A stretch of DNA of 64,000 bases, from assembly GCA_963664325.2 (NCBI GenBank), contig CAXXDQ010000003.1, positions 64,001 through 128,000 on the forward strand, in the 5' to 3' direction. Under the pieces are notes generated by a model. It searched no databases. It saw nothing but the letters and a program-made list of their open reading frames with translations, and was not told where the DNA came from. The number at the start of each line of letters is the position of its first letter. The first letter of the stretch is position 1. The stretch is from Desulfomonilia bacterium (lineage in GTDB: Bacteria > Desulfobacterota > Desulfomonilia > UBA1062). Below, piece by piece: positions 9,846-21,152 of the stretch. A program made the translations under genes and the position numbers.

Positions 9846-9972
9846 TTTTATTCTCCTTGGTCATAATAATAATTCAAATATAGGCCTGAAGCCTATTTTT
9901 GCAAACCTCAACCTTGACTAGGCAGCGGCTTTGCGCATAACGTTAAGCATATCCCAATAAAGGAGGGCGGCC

Positions 9973-10797
9973 ATGGAAATAAATATCAGAAAAACTGCAA
10001 TAGCAGGCTCATGGTATCCCGGGAATCCGGAAACTCTGAAAAGGGACATTCAGAAATATCTGGACAATGCGGAAACAGCCCCTTCAAAGGATAAGCCTGC
10101 CGTGATCATTAGCCCTCATGCAGGATACATGTACTCCGGTCCCGTGGCAGCGTATGCATACAAGGCGGTATCAGGCCATACCTATAAAACAGTGGTGGTG
10201 ATAAGCCCGTCGCACAAGGCTTTCTTCCCGTTTGTCTCGGTCTGGGCGGAAGGCGGTTTTGAGACGCCCCTGGGAAAGATCGATGTAGATACGGGTCTGT
10301 GCAGTTCGCTCATGAATGCTTCACGATACATCCGGGATGAAAAGTCGCCGCATGTCGCAGAGCATGCACTTGAAATACAGCTTCCTTTTCTGAAGCATAT
10401 CCTTGGAGATTTCAGGCTGTGTCCTTTGATCATGGGGGAGCAAAGCCTCAACATGTGCAGGGAGCTTTCAGAGGCCCTTGCAGGGAGTATTGCAAACCTG
10501 GAAGAAACACTGGTTGTGGCAAGCTCGGACCTGTCGCATTTTCATCATGCCGAGCGTGCACGTGTCATGGACGGGAATATGGCAAAACTGATCGGGGAAT
10601 ATGACATTGAGGGTTTGAGCGAGGCCCTTGATTCAGGCAGAAGCGAGGCCTGCGGCGGGGGGCCTGTAATGGCTGCAATGCTATATGCAAAAGCCAAAGG
10701 AAGGATGAATGTTAAAGTACTCAAATATGCAACCTCCGCCGACATAACGGGCGACAGGTCTTCCGTGGTGGGCTACCTTTCGGCAGTGATATCGTAG
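9973..10797 (+). CDS. amrB: AmmeMemoRadiSam system protein B (MEMO1 family)
   Basis: Motifs AGSWYP, PHAGYMYSG, EHALEIQLPFL, SSDLSH, CGGGP and VVGY. Confidence 0.9.
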   Translation: MEINIRKTAIAGSWYPGNPETLKRDIQKYLDNAETAPSKDKPAVIISPHAGYMYSGPVAAYAYKAVSGHTYKTVVVISPSHKAFFPFVSVWAEGGFETPLGKIDVDTGLCSSLMNASRYIRDEKSPHVAEHALEIQLPFLKHILGDFRLCPLIMGEQSLNMCRELSEALAGSIANLEETLVVASSDLSHFHHAERARVMDGNMAKLIGEYDIEGLSEALDSGRSEACGGGPVMAAMLYAKAKGRMNVKVLKYATSADITGDRSSVVGYLSAVIS

Positions 10798-10808
10798 TAC
10801 CGGAGAGC

Positions 10809-13202
10809 TTGATGGACAGAAAGAATGCAATCGTTGAATTACTCAAAAGAAGAGTTGTTATCCTGGACGGCTCGACCGGAGTTCTTCTCCAGTCAAGGGG
10901 GATGCCGTCAGGCGTATGCCCCGAGGCATGGTGCATTGAAAACCCCGAGAAAATACAATCCATACACTCGGATTATGAAAAAGCAGGCGCGGATATTGTC
11001 TATACATGCACGCTGGGAGGCTCCGGGCCGAAACTCCAGGAATACGGATATACTGATGTCTATGACATCAACAAGAAGCTGGCCGGGATTGCTCTTCAAT
11101 CTGTCGGAGAAAAGACTTTTATCGCCGGCGACATAGGCCCTACGGGGTTATTTGTTGAGCCTTTCGGGAACCTGGGCTTTGAGGATGCCGTAAACATTTT
11201 CAAGGAGCAGGCCAGGGGCCTGATCGACGGCGGAGTCGACCTGTTCGTAATTGAAACAATGATAGACATACAGGAGGCAAGGGCCGCACTCATTGCAGTC
11301 CGGGAGCTTACGAACGCCTTCACGATAGTTACCATGACCTATGAACCCGGCGGCAGGACGCTGGGAGGAACAGACCCTGTTACCGCCCTTATAACCCTGC
11401 AGGCTCTGGGTGCGGATGCAGTCGGGTGCAACTGTTCAACCGGCCCTGAACAGATGCTGCCGGTCATTTCCTTGATGAAACCTTATGCGAAGGTGCCCCT
11501 TGTTGCCAAGCCCAATGCGGGTCTGCCGAAGCTGATTGGCGGCAAGACTGTTTTCGACATGGAGGCTTCCGAGTTCGGGTCGTTCGGCAGGGCCTTTACT
11601 GAAGCTGGCATCAATATGATTGGAGGCTGCTGCGGGACAACGCCTGCACACATAAAGGCTGTTGCAGAGGCGGAAAAAGACACCATCCCCCAGCAGCCTG
11701 CAAGAAGCTCTATTTCGGCGCTCAGCTCAGGAAAAGCCCACATCATCCTTGATAACGACAGGCCTGTCACAGTCATTGGCGAGCGAATCAACCCTACGGG
11801 CAAGAAGATGCTGCAGGCCGAACTGAAAGAAGGCAGCCTGAGTCTTGTGCGCCAGTTTGCCCGCGAACAGATAGATGCCGGGGCAGACCTCCTGGATGTC
11901 AATGTAGGCGTACCAGGAATTAACGAACCTGATGTCATGAGATCGGTTATCGGCCTCCTGTCATCCGTAACGGACCTGCCGCTTGCAGTCGACAGTTCGA
12001 AAGCCGAGGCTATTGAGACTGCGCTCAGGCTTTATCCCGGAAGGGCGCTTATCAATTCCATCTCCGGTGAAGAGGCCAAAATCAGGACGCTGCTCCCTGT
12101 TGCGGCAAAATACGGGGCGATGTTCATACTGCTCCCGCTTACCGACAGCGGAATTCCGCTAAGCTTTGAAGAAAGAAAAGCGGCAATAGAAGATATTTTC
12201 AAAAAGGCCGAACCCTATGGTTTCACGAAAGATGATTTTGTTGTTGACGCCCTGACCATGACGGTTTCGGCGGAACAGGATGCCGCAAGGGTGACGCTTG
12301 ATACTATCGAATGGTGCACGAATGTCTTTCAGGCCCGGACAGTGCTGGGCCTGTCCAATGTCTCATTCGGGCTGCCGGAACGCAGATGGATAAACGCCTC
12401 GTTCCTGGCTATGGCCGCTTCCCGGGGTTTGAGCCTGGCGATTGCAAATCCATTAAGTGAAGAGCTCATGGCTTTAAAGCTGGCTTCAGACGTCCTGACC
12501 GGCCGTGACAGGGGGGCCAGGGCCTACATATCCCGTTATACCGTCTCCCCAAACAATATTCCCGTCCAGACCGAGACCCTTCCTCCATCCCGGCAGGTGG
12601 CGAGGGCAATTCTAGACGGCAACAGGGATGATATATCCGTCCTTGTTGAAAAGGCTTTGTCGGCGGGAACAAATGCCTCAGGACTGGTCAATGAGATCAT
12701 GATCCCTGCAATCAGGCAGGTGGGCGACCTGTATGAGAAAGGCACATATTTCCTGCCCCAGCTTATTGCAAGTGCCGAGACCATGCAGAAAGGCTTTGCC
12801 GTGCTCGAACCTATGCTCGATCAGGCATCCGCCGCTAAAAAGGGCAGGATTATCATGGCAACCGTTAAAGGCGACATACACGACATAGGAAAGAATATCG
12901 TTGTCCTTCTGCTCAGAAATAATGGCTTTGAGGTCATCGATCTTGGCAAGGATGTGTCAAGCGAGGCGATCATTAAGGCAATAAGAGAATACAAGCCGGA
13001 TATTGTCGGACTATCTGCGCTTATGACCACCACAATGACCAGGATGAAGGAAGTAATTGAACTTGCCCGAACAAACGGCATAAACACCCGGTTCATGCTC
13101 GGAGGCGCCGTGGTGACGAATGAGTATGCTGTCTCGATCGGCGCCCTGTATGCCAAAGACGGTGTCGAGGCCGTCAAGATCGCGGAATCTATAGTTTCTT
13201 AG
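10809..13202 (+). CDS. metH: B12-dependent methionine synthase (Hcy, pterin and cobalamin domains; no reactivation domain)
   Basis: Motifs GCNCS, GGCCGTTP, IGERINPTG and GDIHDIGKNIV. The protein ends after the B12-binding domain. Confidence 0.88.
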   Translation: MMDRKNAIVELLKRRVVILDGSTGVLLQSRGMPSGVCPEAWCIENPEKIQSIHSDYEKAGADIVYTCTLGGSGPKLQEYGYTDVYDINKKLAGIALQSVGEKTFIAGDIGPTGLFVEPFGNLGFEDAVNIFKEQARGLIDGGVDLFVIETMIDIQEARAALIAVRELTNAFTIVTMTYEPGGRTLGGTDPVTALITLQALGADAVGCNCSTGPEQMLPVISLMKPYAKVPLVAKPNAGLPKLIGGKTVFDMEASEFGSFGRAFTEAGINMIGGCCGTTPAHIKAVAEAEKDTIPQQPARSSISALSSGKAHIILDNDRPVTVIGERINPTGKKMLQAELKEGSLSLVRQFAREQIDAGADLLDVNVGVPGINEPDVMRSVIGLLSSVTDLPLAVDSSKAEAIETALRLYPGRALINSISGEEAKIRTLLPVAAKYGAMFILLPLTDSGIPLSFEERKAAIEDIFKKAEPYGFTKDDFVVDALTMTVSAEQDAARVTLDTIEWCTNVFQARTVLGLSNVSFGLPERRWINASFLAMAASRGLSLAIANPLSEELMALKLASDVLTGRDRGARAYISRYTVSPNNIPVQTETLPPSRQVARAILDGNRDDISVLVEKALSAGTNASGLVNEIMIPAIRQVGDLYEKGTYFLPQLIASAETMQKGFAVLEPMLDQASAAKKGRIIMATVKGDIHDIGKNIVVLLLRNNGFEVIDLGKDVSSEAIIKAIREYKPDIVGLSALMTTTMTRMKEVIELARTNGINTRFMLGGAVVTNEYAVSIGALYAKDGVEAVKIAESIVS

Positions 13203-13236
13203 GATCTGTCACTTGTTTAGCAGAAGCTTTTGCGTT

Positions 13237-13735
13237 TTATTTGCTTTTTGAGGTTGTCGCCGGCTTTTTCAAAAGCTCCTCGACCTGGTTTGCCAGGTCA
13301 TAGCATGGATAGCAGAACAATTTCCCGTCCGGTCCGACAAGAATTTTGGTGGGGACCCCCCTGATGCCGTAATTGCGGGCGACAGCCGCCTCAGTATCAA
13401 GCAGGGTCGTATAGGTGACCTGGTATTTTTTAATGAACGACTCCACCTTCGTTTTGCTTTCATTCATGTCAATCGCCAGAATCTCCAGCTTGCCTTTATA
13501 TTTGCTGGCCATTTCATTTACTTCAGGAACTTCCCTTTTGCAGTAGGGACACCATGTGGTTGTGAAAATCAGCAAGACATTTTTGCCCTTGAAATCCTTC
13601 AGTGAAATATTTTTTCCGTTCATATCCTGCAATGTGAAATCAGGCGCCATGGGCATACCGGCTGCAAATACTTCAGCCGCCAAAAAAAACGCTCAGCAAC
13701 GCCGACACCAGAACAATAAGTTTCCCTGTCTTCAT
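13237..13735 (-). CDS. TlpA/ResA-like thiol-disulfide oxidoreductase (frameshift in signal peptide)
   Basis: Motifs APDFTL, WCPYC and GVPT. The true start is likely the ATG at 13735 (SD AAGGAG, MKTGKLIVLVSALLSVF), offset by one extra T in the 8-nt run at 13682-13689. Confidence 0.8.
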
Positions 13736-13745
13736 CCGATCTCCT

Positions 13746-14450
13746 TTAAACTGACATGCTGCCGGCCATGAACAGGAAGTATTCACCTATCCCGATCATT
13801 ACGAGGCCGAATATCTTCTGAATCCATACCATCCATTTGCCTGGTTTTGGAAGACTTTTTAAGAGTCCGGTAAAAATCCCTACCAGAAACAGCAGCGTGC
13901 CCATTCCTGTTGCGAATACGAATAAAAGGCTCATGCCGAAGAAGAGATTCTGTTTTGCCGCCACATATCCCAGGACAACGCCGAGTACGGGTGCCGTGCA
14001 GGGGCCTATCACAAGGCCTGAGACAATTCCCATAAGCAGCCCGGATGCTATGCCCGTCTTTCTGCCATGCCGTCCATGCGTTTTTATTCCCGGGAGAGAG
14101 AAGGTATAAACGCCCAGCATGGAAAGGCCAAACAGTATGAATATGTTCGCCAGTATGAAGAATGTCCAGGGATTGGTCTGAATCCTGCCGAAAAAGCTGC
14201 CGGTCAGCGCTGCAATTGCACCGAGAGCGGTATAAGTGACCGCCATGCCCAGGACATAGGCCGTTGTCCTGATGATTGCCTCGATCCGGCTGGTACCGCC
14301 GCCGCCGACATATGCCACGGTTATCGGTATCACCGGGTACACGCACGGCGTAAGGCTGACAAGGAATCCGCCGAGATAGACGGCAAGGTAGGACATAAGC
14401 AGCGATGAGCCCAGGTAAATGTCAATATTGTTTGTGATGGATTCAATCAT
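13746..14450 (-). CDS. ccdA: CcdA/DsbD-type transmembrane electron transfer protein
   Basis: SLTPCVYPVIP and GPCTAP cysteine motifs; about 6 TM segments. Confidence 0.88.
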   Translation of the reverse strand: MIESITNNIDIYLGSSLLMSYLAVYLGGFLVSLTPCVYPVIPITVAYVGGGGTSRIEAIIRTTAYVLGMAVTYTALGAIAALTGSFFGRIQTNPWTFFILANIFILFGLSMLGVYTFSLPGIKTHGRHGRKTGIASGLLMGIVSGLVIGPCTAPVLGVVLGYVAAKQNLFFGMSLLFVFATGMGTLLFLVGIFTGLLKSLPKPGKWMVWIQKIFGLVMIGIGEYFLFMAGSMSV

Positions 14451-14752
14451 GTCAGGTCCCTGATGAGGTGCTCGATCTCATGCCGGCTGGGTTCACCCGC
14501 AATGCGTTCGTATTCTGAACCGTCTTTAAATGCGACAATGGTCGGGAGGCTTAAAACTCCAAGCCTTGCAGGGGTAGCTGTATTGGAGCTTATGTCCAGT
14601 TCGCCGAAAACGATCTCCGGGTGACTGGCTGAGAGTTCTTTAAGGAAGGACTCGACTTTTTTACAGCCTGAACACCAAGGGGAGGTGAAAAGGACAACCG
14701 CTATGTTCTTTGAAAGAGCTTCAATATTTTCATCTGTTATTTCTTTGAGCAT
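14447..14752 (-). CDS. Thioredoxin family protein
   Basis: WCSGC active site and cis-Pro motif SLPT. Start MLKEIT at 14752; ATGA overlap with ccdA. Confidence 0.85.
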   Translation of the reverse strand: MLKEITDENIEALSKNIAVVLFTSPWCSGCKKVESFLKELSASHPEIVFGELDISSNTATPARLGVLSLPTIVAFKDGSEYERIAGEPSRHEIEHLIRDLT

Positions 14753-14833
14753 ATTTAATATTCTAACATAAGCCTTGTTTATAGACAATTGATACGCTCT
14801 GTTCCTTATTGATGCGAATCAATATGGAAGCGA

Positions 14834-14862
14834 TTGACCTGTCCTGCAAATTGGTCGATAAT
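14834..14862 (+). promoter_or_regulatory. sigma70-like promoter
   Basis: TTGACC-N17-GATAAT upstream of SD AAGGAGG of the M20 peptidase. Confidence 0.55.
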
Positions 14863-14888
14863 TCAGTCTTACGTTTAAAGGAGGGTTT

Positions 14889-16340
14889 ATGAAGACAAAA
14901 CTGAGAGCCGCACTGATTATAATCATTCTGCTTGTTTTCGGATGTTCGCATGCGCCAGAGCGTGTCCCTGTCCCGAAGGCTGAACCCGTATCAGTCAACG
15001 ATGCTGCGGCCATCGACAGGCTGTGCAGCGCAATAAAGCTTCAAACTGTCTCTTATGACGATGCATCAATGATTAATCCTGCCCCGTTTGTGGAATACAT
15101 GGCATTTTTAAAAACCGCATTTCCTTTGATAAGCAAGAATCTCAAGCTCGATGTCATAAACGGCTACAGCCTGCTTTATACATGGCAGGGGAGCGACGCC
15201 TCACTCAAACCCGTCGTACTCATGTCGCATTATGATGTCGTGCCTGTTGATGCGAACACGGTCAAGGACTGGAAGCAGCCGCCCTTCAGCGGCAATGTCG
15301 CTGACGGAATCATCTGGGGCCGAGGCGCACTGGACAACAAGCACAGCATGATCGCAATAATGGAATCTGTCGAAACCCTTCTTAAAAGCGGATTCAACCC
15401 CAAGAGGACGATATACCTCGCATTCGGCCACGACGAGGAAATTGGCGGCATCAATGGCGCGGCCAAGACGGTTGAGTTTCTTAAGGCAAAAGGCGTCAAA
15501 CCGGAATTTGCAATCGATGAAGGCGGCTGCGTGAAAACCGACGGGCTTGCCGGCGTCAAAATCCCCGTCGCGCTGATCGGCATTTCTGAAAAAGGCAGCC
15601 TGAATATACTTCTTGAAGTTGATGACAAGGGCGGCCATTCCTCCATGCCGCCGAAGCATACCGCCCTGGGTAAAATAGCCCGCGCCATTACCAGGCTGGA
15701 AAACTATTCGTTCCCGGAAAGCCTTTCCATGATCAAAGGGACAATCAAGCCGATTTCCGCCAGAATGCCGGCTGTCAACAGGTTTGTCATTACGAACACA
15801 TGGCTGACGGGGCCGCTGGTAAAGTCTATGCTTTCAAAATCCCCGGACATGGCTGCATCGATCCATACAACAATCGCCGCCACTCAGGCCACGGGCAGCA
15901 GCAAATCTAATGTGCTTCCCACAAAGGCTACCGCTGTTGTAAATTTCAGGCTGTTTCCAGGGGATTCGGTCGAAAAGGTCGTGAAAAAAGTGACTGAAGT
16001 GATTGACGACCCTGATGTCAAGATCACAGCAATGAAGCCTTATTTCGAGGCATCTCCGGTTTCAAGCACTACCTCTGAAGGGTTTAACGCAATCGTAAAA
16101 ACCATAAGGCAGACGCTTGAGGACAATGAAGAGATAACAATCGCGCCGTATCTTATGCTTGGCGGTTCCGATGCCAAGCACTTTGGCGCCATATCGCCAG
16201 ATACCTACCGTTTCCTGCCGGTTTTCATGGATAAAAAGGATCTCGACACAGTCCACGGGACAAACGAAAGCATCGGGGCAAAGAATTATTTAAGGATGAT
16301 ACAGTTTTACGCGCAGCTGATAAAGAATGTGCAGCAGTAA
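14889..16340 (+). CDS. M20 family peptidase/amidohydrolase (carboxypeptidase S / PM20D1-like), lipoprotein
   Basis: Motifs SHYDVVP, WGRGALDNK, GHDEE, DEGG, GGHSSMPP and HGTNE; lipobox VFGC. Confidence 0.9.
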   Translation: MKTKLRAALIIIILLVFGCSHAPERVPVPKAEPVSVNDAAAIDRLCSAIKLQTVSYDDASMINPAPFVEYMAFLKTAFPLISKNLKLDVINGYSLLYTWQGSDASLKPVVLMSHYDVVPVDANTVKDWKQPPFSGNVADGIIWGRGALDNKHSMIAIMESVETLLKSGFNPKRTIYLAFGHDEEIGGINGAAKTVEFLKAKGVKPEFAIDEGGCVKTDGLAGVKIPVALIGISEKGSLNILLEVDDKGGHSSMPPKHTALGKIARAITRLENYSFPESLSMIKGTIKPISARMPAVNRFVITNTWLTGPLVKSMLSKSPDMAASIHTTIAATQATGSSKSNVLPTKATAVVNFRLFPGDSVEKVVKKVTEVIDDPDVKITAMKPYFEASPVSSTTSEGFNAIVKTIRQTLEDNEEITIAPYLMLGGSDAKHFGAISPDTYRFLPVFMDKKDLDTVHGTNESIGAKNYLRMIQFYAQLIKNVQQ

Positions 16341-16368
16341 TAGATAAGATTTTATAATCAGCGGATGG

Positions 16369-16400
16369 CGGAGGGTTCCGAACAGGTTCGGAACTCTCCG
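16369..16400. repeat. Intergenic hairpin (REP-like or terminator)
   Basis: CGGAGGGTTCCGAA-CAGG-TTCGGAACTCTCCG, a 14-bp stem with one G-U pair and no clear U-tract. Confidence 0.55.
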
Positions 16401-16550
16401 TAAACATATGCAAGCCGGCCTGTTAGGTGGTTTTTCTTTCTGCCGGACCGTTAAAACCTCAAAGAGCCTTATCCACCTGAATTTAGTTGATAACCTCTGC
16501 AATTTCTGAGTATAGTATCCGGCTGAATACACAAGAAAGGGAGAACATAT

Positions 16551-18339
16551 ATGAGTTATTCTGTAGGCCACGAAAAATTGAACGCATGGGTTAAGGAAAT
16601 GGCGGAAATGTGCAGACCGGACGGCATCCACTGGTGCGACGGCACAAAAGAGGAATACGACCGCCTTATGAAGGGAATGGTGGATGCAGGCATGGCGACA
16701 CCTTTGAATAAAAGGCCGAACAGCTTTTTATTCCGCTCTCATCCAAGTGATGTTGCAAGGCTTGAATCCAGGACTTATATAAGCACCGTCAGCCAGGAGG
16801 ACGCCGGACCCTCAAATATCTGGATGGCGCCTGACGAACTGAAAAAAATAATGGCCGGCCTTTACACGGGCTGCATGAAGGGCCGGACGATGTATGTTAT
16901 TCCGTTTTCCATGGGCCCGGTCGATTCGCCGATCGCCAAGATAGGCATCGAGATAACGGACAGCCCTTATGTCGTCTGCAACATGCACATCATGACCAGG
17001 GTCGGTTCGAAGGTTATTGAAAAGCTGGGCGTTAACGGAGAATTTATCCCGTGCATGCACTCTGTCGGCGCCCCGCTTGAACCGGGCAAGAAAGATTCAT
17101 CATGGCCCTGTGCTCCGCTTGAAGATAAATATATCAGCCATTTCCCGGAAGAGAACCTGATCTGGTCATACGGCAGCGGATACGGCGGAAACGCGCTCCT
17201 CGGAAAAAAAATGCCTCGCGCTGAGAATCGCTTCCGCCATGGCCAGGAGGGAAGGCTGGATGGCCGAGCACATGCTGATCTTGAGGCTGACCAGCCCGGA
17301 AGGGAAACGCTTCCACATCTCGGCGGCGTTCCCCTCGGCCTGCGGCAAGACAAATCTTGCAATGCTGACGCCCACAATTCCGGGCTGGAAATGCGAGTGC
17401 ATCGGCGACGACATAGCATGGATAAAGATAGGTCCGGACGGAAGGCCTTATGCGATAAATCCCGAGGCCGGGTTCTTCGGTGTCGCCCCCGGGACATCAT
17501 ATCAGTCAAACCCTGCGGCAATGGATTCGATAAAGGAAAACGCCATCTTTACCAACTGCGCGCTCACTGACGACGGGGACATCTGGTGGGAAGGCATCGA
17601 TGCGCCTGCACCTGGGCATGCGATAGACTGGAAAGGAAACGACTGGGCGGCGGGCAGCAAAGACCCCGCCGCGCATGCGAACGCCCGCTTTACGGCGCCA
17701 GCCAGACAGTGCCCGGTAATCTGTCCGGACTGGGAAGACCCCAAAGGCGTTGCAATCGATATAATGATATTCGGCGGAAGGCGCGGAAGCGTTGTGCCTC
17801 TGGTCAATGAGGCGTACAACTGGGATCACGGCGTATTCCTGGGTTCAACCGCTTCATCCGAGACAACGGCCGCAAATATCGGCGCAGTAGGAAATCTGAG
17901 ACGCGACCCGTTTGCCATGCAGCCTTTCTGCGGGTACAACATGGGTGATTATTTCCAGCACTGGCTTAACATGGGCGACAAGCTGGGCGGCAAGGCCCCG
18001 CGCATTTTCTATGTCAACTGGTTCAGAAAGACCGCTGAAGGCAAATGGCTGTGGCCTGGCTTCGGTGAAAACAGCCGTGTGCTCAAATGGATGTGCGAGC
18101 GTGTCGACGGCAAGGTTGGTGCGGTTGAAACACCGATCGGGCTTATGCCCAAGCCTGAAGACCTCGACCTTGCAGGCCTCGATGTTCCTGCGGCAGACCT
18201 GAAGGAACTTCTCAGGGTTGACGTCGAGGCATGGAAGGCGGAAGTTCCGGACATCGAAAAACACTTTGCCAAGTTCGGCGACCACATGCCCGGGCGGCTA
18301 AAAAAACAGCTTGAAGAGCTGGCGAAGAGGCTTGGTTAA
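16551..18339 (+). CDS. pckG: GTP-dependent PEP carboxykinase, split by a +1 frameshift at ~17204-17211
   Basis: The N-terminal ORF ends at [11 protein letters not shown]. Removing one A from the 8-A run restores [10 protein letters not shown]...[14 protein letters not shown]...GDDIAW. Confidence 0.93.
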
Positions 18340-18347
18340 ACAATTTG

Positions 18348-18371
18348 AAAGGCCCTGATAAAGGGCCTTTT
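18348..18371 (+). terminator. Probable terminator after pckG
   Basis: AAAGGCCCT-GATAA-AGGGCCTTTT. Confidence 0.55.
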
Positions 18372-18380
18372 CCATAATGC

Positions 18381-18857
18381 ATGCCGATAAAAAGGATCAT
18401 CAGCGGAGGCCAGACCGGGGTTGACCGGGCGGCGCTGGATGCTGCAATCGAGCTGGGCATACCGCATGGAGGCTGGTGTCCGAAAGGAAGATTTGCCGAG
18501 GACGGTAAAATCCCGGAAATATATAATCTCAAGGAAACGCCATCAGGAACATACAAAGAGCGCACAATTTTTAATGTCAGGGATTCCGACGCAACCCTTA
18601 TTATCACATGGGGCAGGCCCAGGGGAGGGACCGGATACACCCTTAAAGAGGCAAAAGAGCAGAACAGGCCATATTTCATCTTTGATGTAAAAACAGGCGC
18701 GGATACTGATTCCATGGTAAAATGGGTCAGGGATAACGATATCGGGGTTCTTAATGTCGCCGGCCCCCGTGAAAGCTTCATGCCGGGGGTCGTTTACGGA
18801 CTGTCAAAAGAGTTTCTGATGAGACTATTACAGATATTCAGCATCAGGATGTCTTGA
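18381..18857 (+). CDS. Putative molybdenum carrier / circularly permuted YpsA SLOG family protein
   Basis: Motifs IISGGQTGVDRAALD, GGWCPKGR, NVRDSDATL, GGT and LNVAGPRES. Confidence 0.88.
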   Translation: MPIKRIISGGQTGVDRAALDAAIELGIPHGGWCPKGRFAEDGKIPEIYNLKETPSGTYKERTIFNVRDSDATLIITWGRPRGGTGYTLKEAKEQNRPYFIFDVKTGADTDSMVKWVRDNDIGVLNVAGPRESFMPGVVYGLSKEFLMRLLQIFSIRMS

Positions 18858-19100
18858 AATCTTCCTGGCGTTTGATCGAACGGTACCCTCTTTGAATTTT
18901 TGGATGATGTTTCAATTGAAAATCTTGGACAACAGGCATGATTGTGGTGTATAAATTTAAAGCATTTAATTTTTATGGATTCTGCTTTCTTCTGAAGAGC
19001 AGCAGCTTTTGAATATAATGTACAGACAGGGTAATTTTTTCAAGATGTAAATATTGGCCGGCTTTTGCCGTTACTGGGGATTCTTATATGCGGGGGGACT

Positions 19101-21022
19101 ATGAATATGAATTCAATGATTATCAAACGTAAACTTGCCTGGCTTATTGCAATCCTTTTTCTCATAACCGGATGCAAACAGGCGGTGGCGCCGGTCCTTA
19201 ATGACCTGAGCATCAAGGCATTCAGTTCGCGCACCATAACCGTTAATTTGCCGACCTTTGCGACAAAAGGCGATCCTGTGCCGTCCGTGGAAGCCTATAT
19301 CGGAACGACCGGGACGATCACTGCTGACGGGTTCACCGTCGCCGGGTTTTCGGAGGGACCGGTAGATGTATCCAGGGACGGCTACCAGTTCAGGGGCCTG
19401 ACCACAGGCGCAGTGTATGACATAATCGTAATCGCCAGAAACAAGGCCGGCTTTTCTGTCAAAAGCCTGACCGGCATCGTGCCTGCAGTCCCAGCGATAG
19501 ACCCTGCATCGTATCAGCAGATCGGCACCGATGAAATGGGCATGTTCCGCTGGTACCTCTCGGCCAGCGACGATGCTTTGGATGACTTCAGCAAGATCAA
19601 GTCCTGGGATTTAGACCAGTTCTACATTTCCTCATACCGCTACAGCATCGCCTTCATGACCTATTTCTTTGCGCTTGAGCAGTATCACAAGCTCCCGGCC
19701 TGGCGCGAATACATACAACCCCGCATGGACCGCCTGATCCAGAAGATGCTGCGGAAAGAGGTCTGGCAGTACTGGGCCGTTCGCAGCAAGGGGGTTAGCG
19801 TTATAGAACCGCTCCTTAACACGCCCTATCCGGAAGAGCACGACCCGGTCGCTAAAAAGAACATCATGTACTCCGGACACCTGGGGCAGATGATCGGCCT
19901 ATATGAAATGCTGTACCGCGACCTGAAATGGGACGCCCCCGGTTCCATTGTCTTCAAGTGGAGCGATACCGAGGAGTATGTCTATAACAACTATTCACTC
20001 CAGAAAGTGATGTACGACCAGATGGTGAACAATTCCAACCACAGCATAGAATGCGAGCCTAACGCGGTCTTCGGGGAATGCAACCAGCATCCCATCCTTT
20101 CATTCATGCTTTATGACCAGGTCCATGGAACCAATTTGGCCGAGGCCCGCAAACTGTTCCTGGATTTTTTCCTAAGGAACATGTTCATCAACCCGGTCAC
20201 GCATGAGACCATAGTCATGTACCTCGTCAAGCAGAAGACGATAATGAGCCAGGAGTTTTTAAGTACCGGCAACGGTCTGGCCCTGATATCGGTTCCTCTC
20301 GCATGGATTGGACTAGCCAATGCCCGCGCCTCGATATCGAACGGGTGGAACGGCGCTTTCATGCATGCATGGGAGCCGGAGCTTATTGAGCGCCACTATC
20401 CGTTCCAGAGAAAGAACCATGTGATAGAGCCTGACAGCAGCACCGCACATCTGAAAGTTGAGATGATCACCGACCAGATTGCCACGCCCTTATTCGCCAT
20501 GCTGTCAGCTGAAGTTGGTGATACGGATACAAGGGATAAACTTATAGCCTGGTGCAAGGACTTCTACAAACCGACCTGGGATAACGGGATGCTGCATTAC
20601 CCGGTGCGGGAAGATACCTATGTCAATCTGTCCAGGACGGAATGGACCCCGTGGCCCCAGGCCTTTACCGGTGTGCTTGTGGCCTTTGCCGCCGCCAATT
20701 CGCACGACGGCATACTGACGCTCCACAACAAGCCGTTCACCCAGCGGGACTTCGATTCTCCCCAGGTGACCGGCCTGTCCTTCCGAATGTCCTGCTCAAG
20801 CGGGCGATCTACGACTTCGAAAAGGAGGCCCTTGTCATAACGACCGAGGCCGGCACGGACCAGGGCGGCACCACATCGTTCAACGTGACGAAACTTGACC
20901 CGGGCAGGACCTGGAAACTCGTTATGGACGGGGTGCCGCAGGAGGAATATTCCGGGGTGAGCTCGATTTCAGTCGATGTTTCCCTGAATGCCCGGCATGA
21001 TATCGTTATGATTGCGGAGTAG
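19101..21022 (+). CDS. Linalool dehydratase/isomerase-like lipoprotein with N-terminal FN3-like domain; -1 frameshift near 20783
   Basis: NIMYSGHL and CEPNAVFGECNQ match LinD catalytic motifs; lipobox ITGC. Adding one C at TTCCG joins VTGLSF to PNVLLKRAIYD, the frame of ORF 20642-21022. Confidence 0.78.
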
Positions 21023-21152
21023 GAAGCCGGCGGGAGAATGGCAAAACCAACAAGTTGATCAGCGTCCCGTTCCCTGCTTGGGCCTGGGAGATGGGCAATG
21101 GATATAAGCGTTATGTTGTGTTATAGCAGGGTTTTAAAATAATAAACCGGAG

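Noticed and set aside
10809-13202. MetH lacking the C-terminal reactivation domain as a truncation or novelty
   Set aside because: This three-module architecture is well known in anaerobes, and the ORF ends cleanly.
13675-13677. TGA after the TlpA signal peptide as a possible selenocysteine codon
   Set aside because: It is not at a redox position and the catalytic domain is in another frame. A homopolymer frameshift explains it better.
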